Shown here in pieces: positions 25,935 through 40,120 of a stretch of DNA of 64,000 bases. Source of the stretch: Camelus ferus (Eukaryota); contig NC_045697.1 of assembly GCF_009834535.1 (NCBI RefSeq), positions 40,612,001 through 40,676,000 on the forward strand, in the 5' to 3' direction. How positions within the stretch are numbered: position 1 is the stretch's first letter; the number at the start of each line of letters is the position of its first letter. The position numbers and the translations under genes were made by a program. A model generated the notes under the pieces. It saw only the letters and a program-made list of their open reading frames with translations, was not told where the DNA came from and did no database searches.

Positions 25935-27199
25935 TTATCAAAAAAGACAGATCACTTTCACCTAAAGGTAACAGGGATAGAGAAGAAAAGGTCAACACAA
26001 AATACTGGTATGAATGTAAAATGGCACAACTGTTTAGAGTGGGCCCTTAAGCAGTCATGGGTATGCACATAAGAAAGCCGCAGTCCTAAATACAGTAGCA
26101 TTCCTGAAGGATGTTCCTTCTGGTGCAGAAAAGTGATTTGAATATAGCTGACTATTCCATATTTACCTATAGCTTGCTAAAGGAATTTGCAAACTGCTAT
26201 CCCTTTGATTCAGACACTTGACCTATATCACTGGGCAAATACTAATTAAAAGAGCAAGTTATAAATTAAAAGAAGCTTGATTTTCTCTGTTGAAGAGAAA
26301 CCCTGACCCCACCAACCTTTCAGAATCTTTGTGTACTTTTCAAATGTAAATCTCTTTAATGATCAAGTTTCTTACCAGTCTCAACACACATTTCATATTA
26401 GTCAAATCTTTGGTAGTCCCGTGATCCCCAACAACTGGAATAGTCATTGAGATTATGTGCAGAGCATTTAAAGCATGTCAGAAAGCTGGAATTCCCTTTG
26501 TAGCTTTGTGGTTAAGATTGCCAGGAAATTTAATGGCCAAAGCAGAGCATTAATGTCCAAAGAGGGAATAAGTTAAAAGTGCCATACTAGAAAATGGAAA
26601 AATCAAACTCCAGACATTGAGTTTAAGAACTAGGAATATATAAAGAACATGGCAGTGTTCCTAAGGCAGGATGGGGAAACTCTAGGCCACATTCTTCCCC
26701 TGAGCCCAAATCAGTCCCATATGGATGTTTTCTACCAATCTGGATAAGGGCCCCAGCATCCTTCCCTCTAGAAGAAATGCCAGGTAAGATTCTCCATTCA
26801 TGCCAGCAAGTTTTTCTTGTCCTGATTAAAGGTAGGCTGAAGCAGGGACTAGGATTCATTCATTAGGCCCAGGAACCTGGCCATTTGTCCCCCTCCCTTC
26901 TCACTCCAGGAGATTTTGTTAGGGGACATGGAATTCACAAGCACCCTCCTGTTTACATATGCTGGCCTTTTGGGGGAAATAGACAAATCACTACTAGTCA
27001 CTCTGAGGAATACGCCTTCAAGTAATTCATGGGTATATAATTTTTTTTGTCTTATTGTGCTTGCAACACCTTTAAATTTTACCATTAAATACTGAGCATA
27101 AGTATGTATTGGTCTTATGTCTGCAGATTTTTGAAATGTAAAGATAAATGAACAAATGGCTTAAAGGATGTGACACAGTAAACACCAATTGTCAAATCT

Positions 27200-27690
27200 A
27201 GGTGGTGATAAAATTCTAGGTAAAGGTTATACTTTGTACCCTCTACCACTAAGAAAGAGAGACAGTTCATCCTGGCCTCTTTGAGCTTTGCAGGTGACAT
27301 ATACATAAGTACAACAGTTGAGAACACCCTTTTGACACATTTATTGGTGACCTCAGAATGTTGCCAGTTTTGAGAGTCGTCAGAATAACAAGTACTCTAC
27401 GTCAGGTCCAGGCTGTGCTGCAAGCTTTCCTGCTTCTTGGTCCATATGTCCCTGCAGATCCCCTGGGCAGGATTTAGCCGTGGTGGATAAAGAAGCTGTG
27501 TATGACTTCACAGAGCAAAACCCGAAGGGCTCTGGAGCAGGGCTGTGCCTTCCATGACAAAGAGCTCCTTGTTGTTTGAAAATCAGCTCCTGGCATGTCA
27601 CTTGGCCCTTGTAAATACCAAGTACCTGACCATGGACAATCCAGTGACTAGGTGACCCAAGGTGGATGTGTTAACCCTACTCATACCGTT
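27200..27690 (+). mobile_element. ERVL-class pol (RT connection/RNase H) remnant
   Basis: Decayed frames read TTKKE, QVQAVLQAFLLLGPYVPADP (27403-27462) and FENQLLACHLALVNTKYLTMDNPVT (from 27575), matching HERV-L-type pol; more internal sequence may extend upstream. Confidence 0.8.
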
Positions 27691-28179
27691 AAAATAGCAT
27701 TTAATATACTCAAGGCACAACTTTAAAATGATTTTCCAAATTCTGCAGGATTAGTAAATCTTCTTTAGTTTGTTCTTTGTCTCTTCTTATATGTTTGTCC
27801 CAAAGAGATATAATTTATGTCCACTGTTCATATTATTCTCAAAGAAATTGGATTCTGTGTTTAGTTTCTCTGGAAGACATAGTTGTGTCGATGAGAGAGG
27901 GATATAAATGTGAGCAAGGAAGTGAGCAGAGACCACATCATGCAGAAGTTTCCTGAATAGAGCAAGGAGTTGAGATTGTATTCTAAGTGCAATGTGAAGC
28001 CTCCAGTGAATTAATCAGGAGATGACAGGATTTGATCTTCATTTTTAAAATATCACTCTGGCTACTGTAAAGAAGAGTTGAGAAATAGAGTAGTAGGTGA
28101 AGAGGGATATGATGAGGCAGCATTTGTTATTAAGATAGGAGATAGAGTGTGTTTGTATGCCAATGAGAATGATTCAGCA

Positions 28180-28642
28180 CAGTGCTGAATATGCCACTGT
28201 AGCATAAAATTTTTTTTAATCTGAAGGCGCTTGACAATATGGGCTTTTAAACTCCCTTATCTACTTGGAATCAAGAACCTCCCCAAAACTCAGTTATCAT
28301 AAATCCTCTCCACAGGAGTGTTTGGAGTTTTCCAACCTGGAAAGATTGTCATAGAGCTTACAACTATCACATCTCCTATCTATTCTCTTAAGGGCCAATT
28401 AATCTTTCCTAAAAGTCATTTGTTTTCCCAAAAATGCCCTTCTCTCCCTCCCCTTTGCCTATTAAAATAGTATACCAGCCCCCAATTCTAATCACCTCCT
28501 TGAGTCACATTTTTCTGTGAACTCTTATGCATACATGAATAAACATTTCTTTTCTCTTGCCAGTCTCATATTTGTCTGTTTATTTGCAGAACCCCATTCA
28601 CTAAACATAAGAGAGTAGAAAAAAGGTTTTTCCTCTCCAACA
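28180..28642 (+). mobile_element. Solo LTR within an L2 remnant
   Basis: gaatatgccac start; AATAAA; ends ttttcctctccaaca; TSD unclear. Confidence 0.6.
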
Positions 28643-30264
28643 GGTAGAAAATGATTCAATAAGAATGTTACAGAGATGAGCCCTAGGGCTCTGGAGGACT
28701 TGCCTTCCAGAACAGAGAACTATTTGCCTTGAAGAGGGAATAATTGCAAAAGTGAAGTTCTTCCAAATGCTGGAAGTGCAGGAAGAGCAGTAGGGGATGG
28801 GATCCAGTGCCCAGTGGGGAAGTAGGAGCAGGAACATTTCACTCATAGAAACAGAAGAAGAAGCAGTGAACCTGGTATCAAGTGCAGAGAGTTGATTGAT
28901 TTGGTAGTTGGACGATGAGGACATTTCTTGGGATTGCTACTATTTTTGTCAACTGAGACAACTTTATCAGTTGACAGTGAGGATAGGAAAGGGAGTAAAA
29001 GCAGTTTGAAGAGAGAGGACATGTGACACAGCCTCTTTCAGAGAGTGGGAAAGGAAACATCATAGGAAATTTCATCTCAGTATTTAATACCCATCTGAAG
29101 TTTGTGTCCTCAAATTCAGTCTGCACAGTTGAGTTTGTTTATTTGTTTTCAGGAATGCTCGGCTTCTTGGTGGAAGCACAGAAAAGAAGAAAACGTCTTA
29201 ACAAGGGGTTAAATCTTCATCAGGTGAGTCCAATGGAGGGCATGAGACTCAGGAGGATGATTACAATGAAGGGTCATGGAATCTAAGCTGAGTAAGGAGA
29301 GGAGGGAGGAACTGAGTTGGGTAATCAGTGATTGAAAGGGGAAGAGTCAGCTGATTGAAGGACGCCAGTCAAGTAGTTGCTGTAGTAAGAGCATTCAAGT
29401 GGGTCAGTTAGCAGGAGAGGGATGGCAGTAAGAATGTGGGAAGCTACAAGCTAAGGTTGGGATGCGTTGTAGTTACTGGGGATATCAAGGCCATAAATAC
29501 AACCCTGAGAAAGGAAGGTAAGGAGAATTGAGTGAAAGATCTGCCTATCATTTTTCAGCCATATTCTAGCCTCTTCTCTGCACTTTGGTCTCTGATGTAT
29601 AACTACTTTTACCATTGTACAATTGTGGTAGATTTGACAGTTCTCAGAGAATTTAGTGTCAAGGTTTATGAAAGAGCAATGAATTCTCAAACGTCATCAC
29701 CAGCAGGTAGATTTATGGCACAGTAAATAGACTTTTAATTCACACAGGAAAAATCATAAGACAATGGGTTCTGGCAGCTTTGTAAAGTTCCACGTAAAAT
29801 CAAGGGAATAAACCAATTTGTGGCTTGGAACGCTACAGACAATAAAGGTGACAAAAATGGAATAGTGTTGAGTGCTTTTGCTTATGAGGAAGTAAACTCA
29901 ATTGGGGGAAAGAGGACCTGAATTAAGCAAATTCCCTCTAATTTCTAGGGTTACAAGTCAAGGACAAATAACCCTGCACATTCTTCTATTTAGTCCCTCA
30001 TCTCTGCACAGGTGAGTATTTTTATGTGAAATGAATCAAGTTATAATAAATACCCACAGTAGCCTGAAGAGGAAAATAAGTTATAGTAAAACAAAGGTGG
30101 AGATTATACAAAAGATTCTGAATCTCTTTTTCTTAGTACAAGGTTTACTTGAGTTACTGAATAATAGAAAACAGTAAACAAATTACATGGAAACAGTGTT
30201 AAGTTCCAGTGCAGTGTGTAAACATCAATCTCTTTCAAATCCCAGATTAAAAATTGAATAGTTT

Positions 30265-30734
30265 TGAGACAGGAGGAAAGGCGGCATGGCACAACCTTTA
30301 AAAGAATGACATAGCAATTGAGGATAGGACATAAACTGGTAAGAACCAACTTGGCCCAAGATGGCAGAAGATTCAACTTCCAGGGTAACTTGAGCTTCAT
30401 TATAGGCTCATTGTAATACATCAGCATGCTAAATGATAAACCCACAGGTTCCATGACAGTTCCCAAGCTAACCAAAATAGGCCAAAAAGTGGGTGGGGGC
30501 CCAATTCCTGGAAATGCCCTTCTCCCCCAAAACAGTTGAAATAATCCTCCTACTCATTAACATATGAAATTATACAGCCCATAAAAACTAACCACCCCAT
30601 GTTCTGGCACCAGCTCTCTTGCCTTCTGAGACCGTTTGCACTCTGTATCTCCCTGAGTAAATCTACTTTCATTTTACCATGACTCACTTTTGTATTCTTT
30701 CCTGCATAAGACAGGAACCTGTTTTCCGACAACA
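30265..30734 (+). mobile_element. ERV1-class solo LTR
   Basis: TGAGAC...CAACA termini; perfect TSD GTTT. Confidence 0.85.
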
Positions 30735-33211
30735 GTTTGAACATTACATGTACTGAATTTCTTAGATAAGATCAGGTTCAAATTCTAGTCTCACTTATGA
30801 GGCAGGAAAAAGCTTCACAGACCTAGACCTACTAGTTTAACATATAACCGATTTAACATCTTTATAATTCCATTCTTATACTTTCCCCAGAGCACATACT
30901 TTGATGATTTCATTATAGAATGTTTTCTTACTGGTCATTGGATTTATAGATGATAGTTTTCTAAAACTTTCCACTACTGTGGCTGAATTATACTTAGTAA
31001 TGATTAACTTTTGTACCTATTTGACCCTCTTTTCTTTGAGTCAATCAATGCAGTCTTATCACCTTTAAAACACAGGCACTGAATTAGGTTTACTATTCTA
31101 GGTACATGTAAATGTATTATATTTTTAAAGAATTTAGGTAATTTTGGTTATCTTTCAAGATATTGCTAAAATGTTATTCATTGCCCCATTACTAAGAAAT
31201 ACATTTTAATGTCATTCTTTAATAATTTACACTATAAAAAAAATTACAATGAAAAAGCTGAAGACTAAAAGAAAGACATGATCCCTCAGCTTTAGGTGTG
31301 ATTAGAAAATAAGGAGATGAGTTTTAAACAAACCTACCAGAAAGTATATGCTTCTTTTAAACAGTTTCCCCGGAAGGAGACACACTGTATACATTAGAGT
31401 TATTTTGTTATTTGAGCATACCACAAATAAGGAAACTTCTGAGACCCTGTGGCTTGGATACGTGATTCTCGATTGAGGGTTAAAATGGACCAGAGGGCGA
31501 AACAGAGGCCTTGCTAAGGAGGGATGGCCAGGATCTTTACAACAATGTGTAATTTGGGGGGGGGGACATATTAAACATTAATATTAATAATATTAATTAT
31601 TTATTAATTATCAAAGATATATTTAAACATTAATAAATTAGAATTTTTCGTTCAGTTATTTCAAAATAACATTAAAGGAAAGCATAAAGTTAACAAATTA
31701 TTTTTTAAGTCAAAATAACCCCAAGCTAAAAAAAAAAAGCTTAGAAACAAATATCCAGTTATTCGTCCTAGGCATAATGGCCAATAAGTGCAGGGTCAGA
31801 AAACACAGATCAGTCTGCCTTTAAACACTGTATGTATTTCACTCAAACATGCCAGGCACATCCCACCTCAGGGCCTTTGCACTTACAGATATGTATTAGC
31901 TTGCAGTGTAAAATGTATTTCTTTCTGTGGATCCTGATATGAAGTACTTTAAAGACACTACACTACATCAAGCTGCTTCCATTTCTCCACTTTCTCTTAC
32001 CTGAGGCCTCTTAAATTCAGGAACAGAAGTAAGTTTATTATATTTCTATATAATGAAATTAACCTTTTGATAAACTAGTAGTAGTTTTTTAAGCCTGATG
32101 ACTTTGTCTTTCCATTTTCTTTTCTAGTTTATATATTATTGTGGCTTTATTTGGCATATCATGCATTTTAGAGTTTATGTAAAAATATGAAAGAAAAATA
32201 AGTTGTCAGTGATATTTTCTTTGCAGCCTTTAAGAAGAAGATAAAGAGTTTTAGATATACTGAGCATGTGATTGTGAGAGAACTTAAGGTATAAATGTAT
32301 AACAGGAAATTGGATAAAAGGTATAAAGGTTAGTAGATAGAGCAAGGCCAGAGCAGTACATCTATGAGTCACTCTGCTATAGACTAAATGTTTGTGTGCT
32401 CCCCAAATTCTTATGTTGAAACCCAATTCCCAGTGTGATGGTATTTGGAGGTGGGGCCTTTGGGAGCTGATTAGATCTTGAGACCAGAGCCCTCATGAAT
32501 GGGATTAGTGCCCTTATAAAAGAGACCCCAGAGAGATCCTTCTGCTCTGTAAGGACACAGCAAAAATATGGCTGTCTATGAACCAGGAAGTGGACTTTCA
32601 CCAGATACTGCATCTGTTGGCTCCTTAATCTTGGACTTCCCAGCTTCCAAAACTGTGAGAAATAAATGTCTATAACAATAGACACCTAGTCTATAGTATT
32701 TTTGTTATAGCAGCCTTAATGAACTAAGACAGAGAATTGGTTCTGGGAGTGAGATACTGCTATAACACATACCCAAAAATGTGGGAAATGGCTTTGGAGC
32801 TGAGTAGAAGCTGAAAGGATTTTGAGGTGCATGCTATAAAAAGCCTATATTACCATGAATGAATCATTAAATGTAATTCTGGTAAGGGTCCAGAAAGTAA
32901 AGAGGAACACTATAGAGAAAGCTTCAATATTCTTAAGAATACCCAAGTAATCCTGACCAGATGTTGGTAGAAGTATGGATGCTAAAGGCCATTCTGATGA
33001 GAGCTCACATGGAAATAAAGAACATATTCTTGGAAACAGGAGGAAAGACAGTTCTTGTTATAAAGTAGCAAAGAGCTTGGCTGAATTGTGTTCATGTTCT
33101 AATGTTTCGTGGAAAGTAGAATTTGCAAGCAAAGAAACTGGATATTTAGCTGAAGCTATTTCTAAGCAAAGTGTTGAAGGAACAACTTGGTTCTTCGTGA
33201 CCACTTTAGTA

Positions 33212-34277
33212 CAATGAGAAAAGTTTTCACATAATGAGATATAGGGAAGTCATTCTGGCTTACACGTAAGTTAACCTGAATTTTATGCTAACTAAAATAG
33301 CCTGTTTATGGCCTATCGAATATACACTGTACATCTGCTTTAATTATTAAAGAAAAGAACATATTGACCAGAAATAAAGAATATCCATGTTAAAAATAAA
33401 GATTAATGCCTCCCTTCCTGGGATGCCAATGTTGCCAAAAGCAAGCTAGTGTGCCTGCTGCACAAATGAGGCCAAATGAACCAAAACGTCAGTTTGGAGC
33501 AGAGAAAGGTTTATTGCAGGGCCAAGCAAGATGGCTCATGCTCAAAAAATCCAACTCCCCAATGGTTTTGGGGGGAAAGTTTTTATAGGCAAAGTCTGGG
33601 GTGAGGGCTGCAGGGTGTGTGACTTTCTTCTGATTCATTGGTGGTAAGGTAACAGGTTGGTGTTCCAGGAATCTTGTGCTCAGCCTGAAGTTGCCATCCT
33701 CCACCTGGGTGGGGGCCTTAGTTCCAGTAGAAGAACTCAGAGATAGGCATCAGATTGTTATGTAAATCCCTTGAGGAGGAACCAGGACCCTGCCCCATTG
33801 CTGCACTATTGTTTCTTGACTGCTCCTCATTTGTTTCTGCATTTTCTTACTTTCCTGATTAGCAACTGTTTGAATGGAACTCTGGAGAGGTCTAAGAGGC
33901 TGAAGCCTTTTTCCTCCAAATTAGAAATGGACAACACAGACTTTTGTACCCAGGAGGGCCCCACAGGGTCCTGCTCAGTTTCACCAATGCTGGTACTTCT
34001 TCAATAATAATACTTCCTTCCCAGGTGCAAAGGCCATACTGACTCACTGTATACATGCTGATGTGTTTTTTTGAAACCTTGGAAGAATGTATTCCCGACT
34101 CGTTTGATTTTCTTTGTTCTGAAAAAATATAAAACTGTGCTGTAAAACATGCTTCTTTGAAGCAGTTCCTCATAGTTGTCTGAAAGGCTGTCCTCAAGGC
34201 TACAGTTATCAATTTGGCTCAGTTTTCTATTATAGCTTATTACATTACAACTTATTTCTTGATTATTTTCATCAACA
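33212..34277 (+). mobile_element. ERV1-class LTR inserted in the MaLR internal region, itself interrupted
   Basis: TSD AGTA (33208-33211 / 34278-34281); ends TCAACA; MaLR text resumes afterwards. Confidence 0.75.
33430..33983 (-). mobile_element. Younger solo LTR nested inside the 33212-34277 LTR
   Basis: TGTTG...TTTCA termini; perfect TSD CCAA. Confidence 0.88.
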
Positions 34278-34992
34278 AGTAAAATGGAAAAAGAGAGAAA
34301 TGATTTACATGTGGAATTGCTTATCAAAAAGGAAGCAAAACATTAAGATTTGGAAAATTCTCAGCCTATCTATATTTTAAAAAATGAGAAAGCAAGGTTA
34401 GGAAAGAACCCTAAGTGTATGCCTGAGAGATTGTTTGCTAAGAAGATCAGTTTGGATCAGCCATCTCACTAGCAGCTATTCTCCAAGACAACAGAAGAAT
34501 GACCTTGAGGGCAACTCAGAGATAATTAGGGCTGCCCCAACCCTCAGAGGCCCAGAGCACAAAGGCTCTGGAGGCAGAGAAGTTCCAGAAGAGGGGCCTC
34601 TTGCACCTACAGACACTGGGAGTGCCTTGCCCAGCCCTGCCTTGCACTTCAGGTTCCATTCCCTGTACTTTGATTCCACGTACCTTGGCCACTCCAGATA
34701 TGGCTCCAGTTGACCTCCCTGCTGTGCAGGACAGGGTGGCTGCCCCTCCAAAGAGCACAAGTATCTTTGGCAGCATCAGGGCAGCACTGTCTCTATCTGC
34801 ACACAAAATATAAAGGCCCCGGAGAATGACCACCTACACCTAGATTTCAAAGGACAGGGCCACCACAGGTAATCCCCATTAGGGCAATGTCAGTGGAGCC
34901 CAGGTAGGGTGCTCCGTTGACTGCAGGCCTGCAGAGCCACCTGCCCCTGAGCTCAACTTGGAATGAGGTACAGGCAAGACTGCAGCCCCAGT

Positions 34993-35419
34993 TGTCATGG
35001 GATTCAGCAGGCCAATACATGGGTAGTAAAAGAACTTACCAAACACAAAGGATGAAAATAGAAAAGGAGTATATTAGGTATACTGTCATAGACAAGTGGG
35101 CCACACAGACAAGAGGTGCCTGTGTGTGCTTCAAGTGTCAGTTGCTGAGGTCTTTATAAGGGAGGGTTACATCAGGTACCAAGGGGTCACAGGATGTGTG
35201 ATCAGTTCTTGCACAAGTGTCTAATGGGTTGATAAGGAAGGGACGGGGTTGTAAAAGGGTAAGACTGCATGACTCTGGTATGGGGCTGTGACTGGTTCTG
35301 GTGGTCAGGCTTCTGGGCGTTGTATAGGTGATCATTATCTGGATAGTTAGTTCAGCTATGGCAGGAATGTACTAGCAAATGAATGTTTATTGTTACTTTT
35401 AAAGGGCAGCAGCCAGACA
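34993..35419 (-). mobile_element. Solo LTR in the MaLR internal region, related to 52850-53288
   Basis: Shared gtaaaagaa.ttacca / actgtcatagacaa / gccacacag / tttataagg blocks; TGTC...GACA ends; TSD not clean. Confidence 0.6.
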
Positions 35420-37603
35420 CCTGAGGGACCTTGGAGTTGAGGGGGCTTGGAGTAGGAACCTGCCAGCTGCCTGTGGACCCCACACCAGTGGGCTTGGAAG
35501 ACAGAGCATCCAGCCAAAGACTATTCTTGAACCTTAGGGCTTAATGTTTTAATGTTTGATTCATTAGGTTTTGGACTTACCTGGGACCTGTTCTTTCTTC
35601 TTTTCTATTTCTCCCTTTTGGAATGGGAATGTCTATCCTATGCTTGTCCCACCATTGTATTCTAGAAGTTCATAGCATATTAGCTTCACAGACTCACAGC
35701 TGGAGAGCAATTTTCCTCAGGCTGAATCATACCTTGAGTCTCACCCATATCTGATTTAGATGATATATAAATGAGTCTTTGGATTTTAGACTTTAGAGTT
35801 CATGCTGAAATGAGTTAAGACTTTTAGGGCTCTTGGGATGTGATGAAGGTGTTTTGCATGTGAGAAGGACATGAATTTTCAAGGGCCAGAAGTGGAATGC
35901 TATAGGCTGAATATGTCTTCTGAAAATTCATATGTTGAAATCCTAACCCTCAAGGTGATGGTATATAGAGAGGAGGTGATTAAGTCCTGAGAGGGGAGCC
36001 CTCATGAATGGCATCCTTGTAAAAGAGGTCCTAGAGCGCTCCCTTACCCCTTCTGCCATGTGAGGATACAAAAGAACAAGGCCATTTATAATCCAGCAAG
36101 CAAGACCTCTTCCAACACAGAGTCTGCTGATGTCTTGGTCTTAGACTTACCAGCCTCCAGAATTGTGAAAAATAAATTTCTATTGTTTATAAGCTACCCA
36201 GTCTATGGTATTCTAGTATAGCAACCTAAAAGGGCTAGCACACTCACAGAAAGCTAGAAAATGAAGTTATGGGCTTAGGTAAAATGTCTAGAGAAGACAG
36301 TGCTTGACACATTCTTCAGACTTCATATTCAATATCACATCCTCTGGGCACCCTAAATAAAGGAGGTATCCCTCCCATATTTCTATTATTCTCTGTCAAA
36401 GCACCCCTTTGATGCTTTCATAGAATTTTTATAAATTTATAATTATATATTCATATGGCTTATTACTTCATTTTCTACCTTCCTCACTAGGGTGTAGAGA
36501 TTCACAAGGACAGATAGTAAATGGCTTTATTCAAAATTATAACAATAATAATGATAGAAGACTCATAAGTGTTCTGTGTATATTAATAGATCTCTCCTCA
36601 CAGCAATTCTAAAAGTTAAATTTTATTCTTATCAGTACTTTATAGTTGAAGGAAATAAGGTACAGAGAGGTTGAGAAACTTGTCCAAGGTCACAAAACTA
36701 GGAACAATGGAGCCAAGATTCAAATTTTGGAAATTTGGCTCCAAAATCAGTGCTCTTAACTTCTGTTGTCATGTCACACTGCCCCTCTAAACTGGGACCT
36801 ATCGTAATCATTGCCAGAAGGGGAGGTGTGTAATAATGTGCTACAGGAATGGATGAAGGATTCAACCATGTTATCCTACTATTTAAAATGTATCAATAGT
36901 CCTCATCTCTACTTGGGTAATATCATATTCTAGTCTATAGCATAGAAAGTACTGCAAGACTTGGCCTCAATCTACCTCTTCAGTCTCATCTCCCATTTCT
37001 TCCCCTTAGAATCTTACACAGTTCTCAGAGTATTCCATGTCATACCATCTTGTACTTGTGTACCCTGTGCCATCAGCTGTGAATGCTGTCCCTTCTCTTC
37101 CTATATATTAGTGTTGTGAACTCCTACTTCAGTTTGCCTGTGAAGCATTCACCAACCTGCATAGGGAGCGATGACTATTCCTTTCTTTGAGCCTCCATTG
37201 ACCCTAGTCTTTATCTGTCATAATAATTTTCACAGTGTTCAGCATTCAACATTTTGCATGTGTGTTTCACCCATTGCATTGTTTGCTTCTTCCAAATATT
37301 AATGTTTCTACATTTGCCGCTTTGCACAGCTAGTGGCACAGAATCTCAATAAATGTTTGCTGAATTGAACTAAAATGGAAGCAAAAGAGGATTCCATGAA
37401 GGAGTTAGAAATGAAGAAGGAAGTCTTTAGACAAAGAATTACGGGCCTAACACAGAGAATATGCCCAAAAATATCAGTCATGTTGGTTTGAAATAGCCTA
37501 GTACATTATCCAAAAGGAAAGAAATAAAACATTTGGATAAAAAAAATTTTCGCTAATAGTGTCAATAGATTCATGGGCAGTACAATAAATGAGAATTAGC
37601 TTC

Positions 37604-37850
37604 CTTTTTTGTTTGTTTATTTGTTTGTTTGTTTGTTTTTGAGAAAATAAAGAACTTTATTGCAAGGTTGACCAGCAAGGAGACAGGAGGAAAAGCTCTC
37701 AAATCTGTCTCCTCAATCCAGAGTTGGGGTAAAATTTAAGGAGTTGGGGAATTTCAAACCCAGAGGCTGATTGGCTAGTCTTGAATCAGTCCATATAAGC
37801 TACTCGTGATACTGGAAGCCAGATTTTCCTTATTGAAGGGCTTCTTGCTC
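37604..37850 (-). mobile_element. Polyadenylated LTR-like fragment (candidate retrocopy)
   Basis: Minus-strand AATAAA (37656-37661), 15 nt, then an A/(AAAC)n tail; flanked by AGCTTC repeats. Confidence 0.55.
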
Positions 37851-37872
37851 AGCTTCATGAAAAGGTCCAGTG

Positions 37873-40120
37873 GCAACATCTGACAAAATCTAACACCTCT
37901 TTACAAAAAAAAATCCAACAAACTAGGAATAGAAGGGAAGTTCCTCAACTTTATAAAGAGCATCTATGAAAAACCCACAGCTAACATCATTCTTATTGAT
38001 AAAAGACTGAATATTTTCCCCCCTAAGATCAGAAATAAGACATCTCTGTTCTTGTTCTTCACTCATCACTTCTAGTCACCTCTAGTCAACATTGTATTGG
38101 ACAGGTTCTCTCCAGGGAAATTAAGCAAGAAAAAGAAAAAAAAAAAAAGGCAACCAGTTGGGAAAGGAAGAAGTATAAGTATTTTTACTTGCAAATGACA
38201 TGGTCTTATATATAGAAAATCCTAATAAATCCACTAAACATCTGTGAGAATGAGTTAACAAGTTCAGCAAGGTTGGAGGATACGAGGTCAATGTACAAAA
38301 ATCAATTCTATTTCAATACACCATCAATAGTGATCTGAAAATAAAATTTAGAAAATAATTCCATTTGTGATATCATCAAAAAGAATAAAATAATCAGGAA
38401 TAAATTTAATAAAAGAAGTGCAAGACTTATACTCCGAAAACTAAAACATGGCTGAAAAAATTAGATAAGATCTAAATAAATGGAAAGCTATTTCATGCAT
38501 CAGAAGACTTAATATCATTAAGATGACAATACTCTCAAATTGATCTACAGATTCAACACAATCCCTATTTTAAATTCCAGTTGCCTTTTTTCTAGAAATA
38601 GAAAAGTAAATGCAAAAATTCATATGGAAATGCAAGTGACCCAGAATAACCAAAAAATTTTGAAAAAGAACAAAGTTAGAAGACTCACTCACACTTGTTG
38701 ATTTCAAGACTAACTATAAACCTACAGTAATAATTACAGTGTGGTACTGACATCAGAATAGATATATAGAATAGATCGGTTGAATAGAATTGGGAGTCCA
38801 AATATAAACCTATACATGTATGGTCAATAAGTTTTGACAAGGTTATAATGACAATTCAATGACAAAAGTATAGTCTTTTCAACAAATGATGCTGGAACTG
38901 GATATCCACATATAAAAGAATGAATTTGGACCCCTACCTCATAACACATAAAAATTAATTCAGAATGGATCAACAAGATAAATGTAAGAGCTATAACCAT
39001 ATAACTGTTAGAAGAAAACACAAGCATAAATCTTTGTGCCTGTGTTGGAATAGGCAACTATTTTTAGATTTAACACAAAAAGCAGAAACATCAAAATAAA
39101 AAAAAAATACTTCACCAAAATTAAAAACTTTTATTCATCAAAGGACACTATCAAGCAAATGAAAAGACAACTGGGAGAAAATATTTACAAATCATATATT
39201 GGATAAAGGTCTAATATTCAGAATATATAAAAACCCTGACAGCTCAACAACTAAAAGACAAGTAACCCAGTTTTAAAATGGACAACGGACTTGAATCAAC
39301 ATTTCTCAAAGAAAATATGCAAATAGCCAACAAGCACATGAAGATATGCTCAACATCATTAGTTATGAGGGAAATGCAAATCAAAACCACAATGAGTTAC
39401 CACATCACACCTACTAGGATGAATTTTTTAATGGAAAATAAGTATTGGTGAGGATGTGGAGAAATTAGAATCCCCATATGTTGCTGTTGGGGATGTAGAA
39501 ATAGAGCAGCCATTACAGAAAACAGTTTGGAAGTTCCTCAAAAAGTTAAACATAGAGTTATCTTATGACCCACAATTCCACTCTTAGATATATACTAAAG
39601 TGAATCAAAACACACCTTTGCACAAAAAGTTGTACACAGATGTTCATAACAGCATTATTCTTTATAGCCAAAAAGTGGAAACAACCGAAATTTCTATTAA
39701 CTGATGACTAGATAAACCATATGTGACATATCCATACAATGAACTATTATTTGGTAATAAAAAGAAATGAGGTATTGATACATGCCACCATGCATGAAAC
39801 TTGAAAACATTATGCTAAGATGCCAGTTACAAAAGACCATATATTGTATAATTCCACTCATATGAAATGTGCAGAATAGGTAAACCTATAGAGACAGAAA
39901 AGTAGTTGAATGGTTGTCTAAGGCTGGGGGAGAGGGGTGGGAGGGGTTGGGGAATGATTGCTAAGGGGTGCAAGATTTCTTTGGGGGTTGATGAAAATGT
40001 TCTAAAATTGATAGTCATGGCTGTACAACTCTGAAAATGTACTAAAAATGATTGAGTTGTATACTTTACATGGGTGAAATTTATGGTATGTGAATTATAT
40101 CTCAATAAAGCTGTTAATTT
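37873..40120 (+). mobile_element. Old LINE-1 (L1MB/MC-like) 3' ~2.2 kb
   Basis: Decayed ORF2 text and 3' end gtatgtgaattatatctcaataaagctgtt. Confidence 0.88.

Larger units (their letters stand above)
32375..36240 (+). mobile_element. Full-length MaLR (MLT1A-like): 5'LTR 32375-32731, internal region, 3'LTR 35898-36240
   Basis: Both LTRs start TGCTATAG; purine tract before the 3'LTR; perfect 5-bp TSD CACTC (32370-32374 / 36241-36245). Confidence 0.88.

Noticed and set aside
24540..27200. Processed pseudogene or hidden gene in the intergenic region
   Set aside because: No recognisable host protein; the adjacent coding-like signal is ERVL pol
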